A stretch of DNA of 64,000 nucleotides, taken from positions 32,001 through 96,000 of IMG/VR virus record IMGVR_UViG_3300049811_000692; one strand, given 5' to 3'. This DNA comes from a virus. This document shows positions 57,000 through 64,000 of the stretch, in pieces. The translations under genes were made by a program, and so were the position numbers. Below the pieces are notes generated by a model. The model was not told the DNA's origin and made no database searches. It saw only the letters and a program-made list of their open reading frames with translations. Within the stretch, counting starts at the first letter, position 1. Every line of letters starts with the position of its first letter.

Positions 57000-57725
57000 A
57001 TGACCGCGCCCCATCTCTTCCTCGATCTCGATGGCGTGCTCGCCGACTTCGACGGCCACGTCATCCGCCACACCGGCCTCGAGCCCGCCGCCACCCCGCC
57101 CAAGGATCTGTGGCGGGCCATCGGCGCCGTGCGCGGCTTCTGGGAGGGCATCGAGCCCTTCCCCTACACCGCCGACTTCTGGGCCATCGCCAAGCGCTGG
57201 AAGCCCACCATCATCACCGGCCTCCCGGTCTCCAAGACCGAGGTCGCGCGCGACGCGAAGCTCGCCTGGGTCGCCCGCCACCTGGGCGAGGACGTGCCGG
57301 TCATCACCTGCTGGTCGCGCGACAAGCCGGCCCACATGAAGGCCCCGGGCGACATCCTGGTGGACGACCGCCCCAGCAACGTGAACGACTGGGCAGCCGC
57401 CGGCGGGCGCGCGCTCCTCTGGGATGGCCCCGGCCCCATCCTCTCGCGCATCACCGAGATCATGCTGCGCGCCTCGGGCGACATGATCCTCGGCGGCGCC
57501 GATCCGGTGGTCGTGCTGCGCGCCCGCGCCCTCTACCACCTGCAGGCCCCGGAGAAGGAGTTCGACGAGGACTTCATCCGTGGCATGGCGGCCCGAGCCT
57601 ACGCGCCCCGCCCCAACTTCACGCCGGCCCAGGTGCGGCAGATCAATCGCCTCGCCCTGAAGTACGGGCGCCACATCGATCAGCGCCTCGTCCCGGCCTC
57701 CCTGAAGCAGGCCGAGACCGTCTGA
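57000..57725 (+). CDS. HAD-family 5'-nucleotidase (NT5C-like) with C-terminal extension
   Basis: FLDLDGVLADF, IITG, K.AW, ILVDD...N...W..AGG. Confidence 0.8.
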   Translation: MTAPHLFLDLDGVLADFDGHVIRHTGLEPAATPPKDLWRAIGAVRGFWEGIEPFPYTADFWAIAKRWKPTIITGLPVSKTEVARDAKLAWVARHLGEDVPVITCWSRDKPAHMKAPGDILVDDRPSNVNDWAAAGGRALLWDGPGPILSRITEIMLRASGDMILGGADPVVVLRARALYHLQAPEKEFDEDFIRGMAARAYAPRPNFTPAQVRQINRLALKYGRHIDQRLVPASLKQAETV

Positions 57726-58135
57726 TGGCGGCGCCCGTCTTCTATCGTGCCGACGGCTCCGCGGCCTACCCGAGCGTCCGCGCCTGGGCCACCGGCACGG
57801 CCGGGGCCGCGCTGCCGATGCCCCACCTCTGGAGGGGCCTGCGCGAGAGCAAGGAGAGGTGGGAGGTCGCGGTCCTGGTGAAGGGACTTGGCCGCGTCGA
57901 GGGCATCCCCGGGCGCAGCCCGGACCCGGGCGTCTTCACGGTCCTGCGGGACGACCTCAGCCTCGTCGCCTTCCCCGAGGAAGATGTGCTGATGCCGGCG
58001 CTCTGGATCGAGAATATCGGCATCGCCGCCCGCGCTCAGTACGCCGTGCGGGCCGCAGTCCGGGGCGACTTCAGCGACCTGCTCTGGACCCGGCAGAGCA
58101 TCTGCGCCTTCACCGAGAGGTTCCTCACCCCGTGA
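57725..58135 (+). CDS. hypothetical protein
   Basis: TGATG coupling. Confidence 0.55.
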   Translation: MAAPVFYRADGSAAYPSVRAWATGTAGAALPMPHLWRGLRESKERWEVAVLVKGLGRVEGIPGRSPDPGVFTVLRDDLSLVAFPEEDVLMPALWIENIGIAARAQYAVRAAVRGDFSDLLWTRQSICAFTERFLTP

Positions 58136-58560
58136 TCACCCGTCGCCTGTTCGGCGTGCTGGCGGCCGCCGGCGCCGCCGCGAAGCCCAAGATCGGCAGC
58201 GCCTCCGCCCGAGAGGCGGCCCTCGACGCCAACGGCATGGTCAGCCGCCACGACTTCGCCAGCAGCGCCCGCGGACAGGTCGGTGGCCTGCAGATGCCCA
58301 GGATGCCGAACCCCGCGGTGCGCCTCGCCGCCAAGCTCGCCTTCGCGGAGCACGAGCGCCGCGAGCGCCGGGCGGGCTTCCAGCGCGCCCTCCTGAACGG
58401 CGTCCCGCTCAGCGTCGCGAGCAACGGCTCCTGGAGCCCGACCTTCGCCGCCATCGTCGCGGCCCGGAAGCTCAACGACGACTTCGAGCGCCGCTCCGAC
58501 AGATGGAGCGCCCTCCAGGAGCGCTTCTTCGAGTCGATGGGCAGCGGGGGGCCGTTCTGA
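58132..58560 (+). CDS. hypothetical protein with TRR-hydrophobic N-terminus
   Basis: GTGA coupling; MITRRLFGVLAAAGAAA. Confidence 0.5.
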   Translation: MITRRLFGVLAAAGAAAKPKIGSASAREAALDANGMVSRHDFASSARGQVGGLQMPRMPNPAVRLAAKLAFAEHERRERRAGFQRALLNGVPLSVASNGSWSPTFAAIVAARKLNDDFERRSDRWSALQERFFESMGSGGPF

Positions 58561-59012
58561 TGAACGCCTACAGCTTCGGCCCGTGCCAGATCACCTTCCT
58601 CGACTACAGCAGCCCGCCGCAGCCCTGGGTGCCGCCGAGCGGGTGGATGGATCAGCCGCCGCCCCAGAACCGCTTCTTGCTGATCCAGAGGCGCTCGGGC
58701 CGCGTGCTGGGCACCTGCAACCCCTACGCCCTCCAGCCAGGGCGGACCTACCTCAACGTCGCGAGCCACAGCGACGTTACCTGGTTCCGGCTCTCCGAGC
58801 AGGCCTCGGAAATCGTGCCGCTCCAGCACGTCCACCTCAGCCTCATTCGGGTGGACGTCGTGGTCATCACCAAGGCGGGCGACGTCCACGCCACCTACCG
58901 CTGGGCCGGCTTCTCGCCGCGACCGAGCTCCGGACTCGGCCCCAAGCATATCTACCGCGTCGTCGCCGGCCTGACCGGTTTCCAGATGGAGAGCTTCCCC
59001 ACCGATGAGTGA
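58560..59012 (+). CDS. hypothetical protein
   Basis: TGATG coupling. Confidence 0.5.
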   Translation: MNAYSFGPCQITFLDYSSPPQPWVPPSGWMDQPPPQNRFLLIQRRSGRVLGTCNPYALQPGRTYLNVASHSDVTWFRLSEQASEIVPLQHVHLSLIRVDVVVITKAGDVHATYRWAGFSPRPSSGLGPKHIYRVVAGLTGFQMESFPTDE

Positions 59013-59541
59013 CCTTCGCCAAGTGCCCGTCCAGCTGCTCCGCGAGGCCAAGGACGAGATTGAGAGGCGCGCCTCGGCGCCGGGTGCCTCGGCCGAGCTG
59101 CTCCTCCTGGTGCGCCGCCTGGCCCACTTCATCGAGGTCGCCCCGCCGCCCGCCGACGCCCAGCAGGGCCCTCGCCCCGCCGCCCACCCGGCCATGTGGG
59201 TCGGGGGAAAGATCCGCCTCTGGGACGACCCGACCGGCCCGCTCATGGCGGGCGCCGTCCCCGCGACGCCGGTCTATCAGCACGAGGTCCGCGCCATCGC
59301 GGCCGAGGTGTTCGCGGGCCTCAAGGACGATCTCGTCCGGGAGATCGTCGCGCTGATGCAGCCGCCGCGCCCACCCGCAGCGCCCGGGGCGCCCCCGCGC
59401 GACGCCATCGCGCTCCTCACGACCTGCTGGTGCGCGCGCGAAGCCAAGATCCACCCGATCTGGCTCGATCACGAGCAGGCCCAGCGCTGCCCGATCTGCT
59501 GGCAGGCCAAGCCCACCCCCACCGCTCAGGAGACCCCCTGA
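59005..59541 (+). CDS. hypothetical protein with C-terminal Cys cluster
   Basis: CWC...CPIC. Confidence 0.55.
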   Translation: MSDLRQVPVQLLREAKDEIERRASAPGASAELLLLVRRLAHFIEVAPPPADAQQGPRPAAHPAMWVGGKIRLWDDPTGPLMAGAVPATPVYQHEVRAIAAEVFAGLKDDLVREIVALMQPPRPPAAPGAPPRDAIALLTTCWCAREAKIHPIWLDHEQAQRCPICWQAKPTPTAQETP

Positions 59542-60314
59542 TGTTCTGGCCCTACAAGCTCACCCACGGCCATTCCGCGGACCCGGTCAACGGCGCCTGC
59601 GTCCTCGACGCGGTCAACTGGCTCGTCCACGGCGAGCACGGCGACGCGCCGCCCTGCGTCTGCCCGGTCATCGCGGGCACCGCCATCTGGCTCAACGACA
59701 GCTTCAACGACGAGCAGCGCCAGCGCCTCATCCCCTTCATGCCCCGCATCGCCGGATCGAGGGGCGGCGTCGGCGCGGTGCGCCGGCGCGTGAACGCGCT
59801 GCTCAACACCTACGTCCTGCAAGGCAAGATCCCGGTCCGGGGCGACAAGCTCGAGACCTTCGTGGGCTTCATCGACAACGACCGCTCGGTCGTCAATTTC
59901 TTGGAGCCGCGGGTCATGAATAGGGGCCTGCCGCGCGAAGACATCGCCGCCGACGCCACGCTCTACGGCGCCACGAATCCCCGCATGTTGGACGGGCTGA
60001 TCGGGCTCGCGGAGGTGGATGTCCCTCTGACCAACCACAGCGTCATCCGCGTCGTCATCACCGCCACGCGGACCAAGGGCCTGCCGCCCACTTCGGATCG
60101 CTGGGACGCCTGCATGCGCGCGGTGGGGCCTCAGCTGCTCGGCCAGCGCAGCCGCAACCCCAAGCTCATCGCCCGCGACGAGCCCGACCGCCTCCTCGAC
60201 TTCCTCGACCTCCTCCTCTCCCTCGGCCCCGAGGGCGAGCCCTGGTCCGCAGACGCCATCCAGGCGGGCGTCCTGCGCTACAGCGAGGCCTCGGGCCTCC
60301 CCATCCCCGCCTGA
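59541..60314 (+). CDS. hypothetical protein
   Basis: AGGAG SD; L..G.S..P..GACV.DAV.W...D.PPCVCPVI...LND motif. Confidence 0.65.
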   Translation: MFWPYKLTHGHSADPVNGACVLDAVNWLVHGEHGDAPPCVCPVIAGTAIWLNDSFNDEQRQRLIPFMPRIAGSRGGVGAVRRRVNALLNTYVLQGKIPVRGDKLETFVGFIDNDRSVVNFLEPRVMNRGLPREDIAADATLYGATNPRMLDGLIGLAEVDVPLTNHSVIRVVITATRTKGLPPTSDRWDACMRAVGPQLLGQRSRNPKLIARDEPDRLLDFLDLLLSLGPEGEPWSADAIQAGVLRYSEASGLPIPA

Positions 60315-60328
60315 AGGAGCCCCCCAGC

Positions 60329-60523
60329 ATGATCGCCCTCTCCGGCGCCTTCGCCGTCCTCGTCATCGTCCTCGGCGTCGCCACCACCATCGCGGCCGCC
60401 TTCTACGTCTTCGAGGACGACCTCAAGACGACCCAGCGCCAGCGCGCCGGCGTCTTCGCCCTCGGCTGCCTGACCGCCCTGGTCATCGCAGCCCTGGCCT
60501 CGTTCTCGCTGAACCCCGCATGA
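60329..60523 (+). CDS. small 2-TM protein
   Basis: AAGGAG SD; hydrophobic. Confidence 0.6.
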   Translation: MIALSGAFAVLVIVLGVATTIAAAFYVFEDDLKTTQRQRAGVFALGCLTALVIAALASFSLNPA

Positions 60524-60765
60524 CGCCGGCCGACACCCTCCAGACCATCGCGGTCATCCTCGCCGTCCTCGGGATCGGCGCCGGCGTCCTGGCGGGGACC
60601 CTGGCGACCGTCCGCTTCATCTACGGCCCGCGCCCCTATGACGAGGACAAGCCGGGCGACGGCAACATCGCCGGCCTCTGGCTCATGTCCTTCCTGTTCT
60701 TCGTCCTCGCCATCATCGCGAGCGGCATCGGCGCGGGCTTCATCAGCGCGAGCGTCACCAAGTAG
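60520..60765 (+). CDS. small 2-TM protein
   Basis: ATGA overlap; hydrophobic. Confidence 0.6.
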   Translation: MTPADTLQTIAVILAVLGIGAGVLAGTLATVRFIYGPRPYDEDKPGDGNIAGLWLMSFLFFVLAIIASGIGAGFISASVTK

Positions 60766-60785
60766 CCCTTGCTTCGCCGAGCCGC

Positions 60786-61751
60786 ATGCGCCCACCCTGG
60801 GCCATGCGGCTCAGGCTTCATCTCCCCCTCCCGCTCCACGTCGTCGCCGGCCTCATCTTGCTGGGCGCGCTGCTGGTCGCCTGCCTCGAGCAGCCCAAGC
60901 GCGCCAGCGCCCCGACAGGGGCTCTCGACCAGGCGGAAGCCATCCGCTTCCTCGTCCAGCACGAGTGCGCCAACCACGTCCTCACCCCGCTCCAAGAGAA
61001 CTGCCTGGCGCCTCGCCCCGCGCGGCCCGGCACGCTCACCTACCGCCGCTTCGACTGGTCGGGCGTCCAGGCGCAGGACGCGCTCCTCCTCGGCCCCGAC
61101 CGCGTCGTACAGACCTTCGACTTCGGCGACGCCCCCCGCGCCTTCGCCCGCTTCGACCAGGGCCGCGGCGACGGGGGCGATCTCATCTCCATCACCGCCG
61201 CCGGCGCCTTCATCACCCTGACCGAGGACGGGGGCGCGGGCCGCCAGCACTGGCAGGAGCCGGGCTGTCCCCCCTCCCGCGGCTGGCTGCTCTTCGCCTA
61301 CCCCCTGACGCCCAGCGCCCCAGGCTCCCGCGGCGGCTCGCTCGGCCGCAGCTCGGCCGAGGGCGCTTGCACCACCAGCTTCTCCCCCGTCACCACGGTC
61401 TGGGCGCGCACCACCTTCACCTTCCCCTGGCGCGAGGGGGACGGCCCCATGCACATGACGGCCCGCCCCGCGATCGTCTCCGAGCACTACGCAGGCCCGG
61501 CCGAGCGCCCTCATCACATGGAGCGCTTCGTCTTCGTCGAGCACCTTGGGAAAATCGCCTGGGAGAGATGGGAGAACGTCCTGTCCTCGCGTCGCGATCA
61601 GGCCGAGCTCATGCAGTCCATCTTCGCCATGAACGCCGACGGCCGCTGCCCCATCGAGGCGCGGCCGCCGGAAGGCTCATGGGTTCGAGCCGATTGTCGG
61701 GTCTGGACCAAGGTCGCCCCTGGTCCAGCCCAACCGATGGGGTGGCCTTAG
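60786..61751 (+). CDS. secreted/lipoprotein-like hypothetical
   Basis: Hydrophobic N-terminus ending LVAC. Confidence 0.55.
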   Translation: MRPPWAMRLRLHLPLPLHVVAGLILLGALLVACLEQPKRASAPTGALDQAEAIRFLVQHECANHVLTPLQENCLAPRPARPGTLTYRRFDWSGVQAQDALLLGPDRVVQTFDFGDAPRAFARFDQGRGDGGDLISITAAGAFITLTEDGGAGRQHWQEPGCPPSRGWLLFAYPLTPSAPGSRGGSLGRSSAEGACTTSFSPVTTVWARTTFTFPWREGDGPMHMTARPAIVSEHYAGPAERPHHMERFVFVEHLGKIAWERWENVLSSRRDQAELMQSIFAMNADGRCPIEARPPEGSWVRADCRVWTKVAPGPAQPMGWP

Positions 61752-63226
61752 TCCTCCTCGCCGTCCCGCATCTTGATCGAGGGGATGATGCGATCGCCGC
61801 CCAGCGTCTCGATCAGGTAGCGCACGACGCCACCCGACCAGCCGTTGATCCGCACCACCGCCCCCTCCGTCGTGAGCCCCCGCATCGTCGGCGCGAGGTT
61901 CACGATCGCCACCGGCAGCCGCGGCCGCCCCGTCAGCGCGAACTGGCTCTGCTCGTCCGTCAGGACGACCACGCGATCGACCTCCGACTGGCCGAGCGCC
62001 CAGTACACCGCCTTGGGCACGTCCGTGCCGCCCGACGGCAGAGACGCCAGCGCCCGCGCCAGCTCGACCCCGCGTGCCTCGGGGTCCGGCAGCTGCTCGA
62101 CCGCCGTGTGGAAGCCGACCAGCAGGCTCCGCTCGCACACCTCGGCCAGCACCGAGGCCAGCACCGCCGCCACCCGCGCCCGTGACGTCGTCCCGTGATC
62201 GCTGACCGGGGCGACCATCGACCCCGACACGTCCACCAGGATCGCCGTGCGACCGGGCAGCTTCGGCAGCTCCCCGCACGAGCGCAGCGCCAGCCGCTCC
62301 AGGGCCGGCACCGCCAGCGGAGGCGCATACTCGGCCGCCAGGTAGACCTGGTGCGGCCACAGCAGCGCCCCGCTCGCGCGCTCCACCGCCGCCACGATCA
62401 GATCCGGGTCCACCCCCACCGCGGTCATGTTGCGCAGGTTGCGGATCAGGGCCACCTCGCCGAGCGTCTCTCCCGCCAGCATGTCCTCCCACACCACGCG
62501 CTTGTCCGCGCCCGGCTCCGAGAGCCGCGACTCCCAGGTGTCGGGCGCCTTCACCGTGTCGTCGGCCAGCGCCTTGAAGGTCGCCGCGTAGATCGGGTCC
62601 ACCTCCGGCTCCACCGGGCGCACCGCCCGCCCCTCGGCCTTCGCGAGATCCTCCTCCTCGGCCACCCGCAGCCCGTGCTTCCACAGCGCCACCGGCTTCG
62701 GGTGCGTCAGGAACAGCAGATCCCGCAGCCGCACCTTCACGTTGCGCAGCGTCCCGTACTTCTCGAGCTGGTAGGGGGTCCACTCCTGGAACTTCTGCCT
62801 GATCGCGCGCTTCCACGCCGCCGGCAGGGGCTTCTTCCCGTCCCGCCAGTAGAGCGCCACCAGATCGAGCGCGTCCTTCGGCGTCCGCAGCACCCGCAGC
62901 AGCGACGCCTCCACCTTCCCCGGCGCCCGCAGCCTCGCCAGCTCGTCGAAGACCACCAGCGGCGCATGCCGCAGCCCCGTCGAGGTCCGCGCCAGGAACG
63001 CCTCACGCACCGCGAGCTGGGGATGAACGGCCTTCACCAGCTCCCGCAGCCGCGCCTCGATCTCCGCACCCTCCAGGTAGAAGCTCTTCTCGCCGAGCAG
63101 GCACGTCTGCATCAGGCGCTTCAGCTCTACCTCCGGCGCGAAGCCCTGCTTGGCCCCCGCCTCATGCACGACAGCCTCGCTCACACGGCGCCGCGCCGCG
63201 GCGTCCAGCACATTCAACCGACCCAT
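61748..63226 (-). CDS. Ro60-related TROVE + vWA RNA-binding protein
   Basis: YQLEKY...RDLLFLTHPKP, TWES.LS, ALIRNLRNM, MIDAS DVSGSM...GGTD...LTDEQ; GAGGTG SD. Confidence 0.9.
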   Translation of the reverse strand: MGRLNVLDAAARRRVSEAVVHEAGAKQGFAPEVELKRLMQTCLLGEKSFYLEGAEIEARLRELVKAVHPQLAVREAFLARTSTGLRHAPLVVFDELARLRAPGKVEASLLRVLRTPKDALDLVALYWRDGKKPLPAAWKRAIRQKFQEWTPYQLEKYGTLRNVKVRLRDLLFLTHPKPVALWKHGLRVAEEEDLAKAEGRAVRPVEPEVDPIYAATFKALADDTVKAPDTWESRLSEPGADKRVVWEDMLAGETLGEVALIRNLRNMTAVGVDPDLIVAAVERASGALLWPHQVYLAAEYAPPLAVPALERLALRSCGELPKLPGRTAILVDVSGSMVAPVSDHGTTSRARVAAVLASVLAEVCERSLLVGFHTAVEQLPDPEARGVELARALASLPSGGTDVPKAVYWALGQSEVDRVVVLTDEQSQFALTGRPRLPVAIVNLAPTMRGLTTEGAVVRINGWSGGVVRYLIETLGGDRIIPSIKMRDGEED

Positions 63227-63247
63227 GGGGTTCACCTCTTCGTCGGG

Positions 63248-63352
63248 GGAGAAGGGAAAAACCCCTGAGCCGGAACCGAGCGAAGACGGCCTCGCAGCTT
63301 ACAAAGATGCAGCCGTCCCCTACACCAGACCCAGGGGCACACACCTTCGACC
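63248..63352 (-). ncRNA. candidate Y-RNA-like RNA, copy 1
   Basis: Long irregular rod with G-U pairs on minus strand; conserved with copy 2; directly upstream of Ro60 gene. Confidence 0.55.
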
Positions 63353-63490
63353 ACATCACATCAGAATGTGCAAGAGCCATCCGAAAGGGGCCAGCCCACC
63401 CCCAGAACGCAGTTGGGGCGGGCCCCCGCCAAGGAGCCCGCCCCGCACACTGCCGTCACTCTTCCGAACCATGACCCAACTCGCCAACCG

Positions 63491-63578
63491 GGCGAGCGCC
63501 CCAAGCGGAACAGATCGAAGACGGCCTCGCTTCTCCAAAAGATGCAGCCGCCCCCTACACCAGCCCGGGACACCCACC
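63491..63578 (-). ncRNA. candidate Y-RNA-like RNA, copy 2
   Basis: Same UGGUGUAG / GGGRCGGCU-GC...GC-GA-GGCCGUCUUC / GUUCC core; different but paired outer stem. Confidence 0.55.
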
Positions 63579-63618
63579 TTCCACCACATCACACTCGAAT
63601 GTGCAATCCCCTCCGAAC

Positions 63619-63651
63619 AAAAAAATCCCCGCCGACCGAAGCCGACGGGGA
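63619..63651 (-). terminator. intrinsic terminator
   Basis: CCCCGTCGGC-TTCG-GTCGGCGGGG-ATTTTTTT. Confidence 0.75.
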
Positions 63652-64000
63652 AGTCAGGATTCATCATCCAGGGAGGAAACGCCCATGCGCCGGGGTAGGC
63701 GCTCGGACAACCGAAGACCAGCACATCCCATCGAGTCGCGCCAGACATATTCAAATGTGCCCAGACCCGAAAATCCCGCCCCACCGGGATCGCTCGTCTG
63801 CCCGAAACCCCAGCACGCCCCTTGCCTAAGCCGGGGTATCCGCCCCCATTGTGATGGGATGCCCCCCGACGATCCCCCGGACGAGCCGCCCGGCAGCGAG
63901 CCGGCTCCCCCTGATCCGCCGAAGAACGCGGGACGCCGCCGCGCCAGGAAGCCCTACACGGGGCCGCTCACAGGCTGGATCCCGACGCCGCGCGAGTGGC

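Overview
The whole window is one very GC-rich temperate tailed phage of an alphaproteobacterial host (inferred from a GcrA homologue and composition). It appears to be in its free or circular form, because the attP (3' half of tRNA-Lys-CUU, 24331-24378) has phage genes on both sides. Order of modules: lambda-like tail (tape measure, gpM/L/K/I/J), tailspike/esterase/LamG fibre genes and holin-like genes (1-23260, +); integrase, Xis-like, GcrA, YfdQ, ERF and YqaJ recombination genes (23280-30579, -); a stand-alone iteron cluster (~30740-30830); DnaB, initiator, VRR-NUC, Cro and repressor (39079-43246); SSB and nucleotidase operon (56489-61751, +); and a Ro60/TROVE gene preceded by two Y-RNA-like structured repeats (61748-63600, -). 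The most striking feature is about 20 kb of short, unrelated minus-strand genes in three arrays (31156-38766, 43678-50452, 51504-56369). Thirty-two of these genes are each preceded by the same ~50-80-nt structured element: an optional bulged hairpin, then an 8-bp hairpin, CAGUCG, a 6-8-bp hairpin with a CUGNNN loop, the AAGGA Shine-Dalgarno and the start codon. The element shows clear compensatory base changes. This looks like a cassette-type expression/shuffling system, possibly connected to the phage-encoded Ro60. All family assignments are by recognition of motifs; no database search was run.
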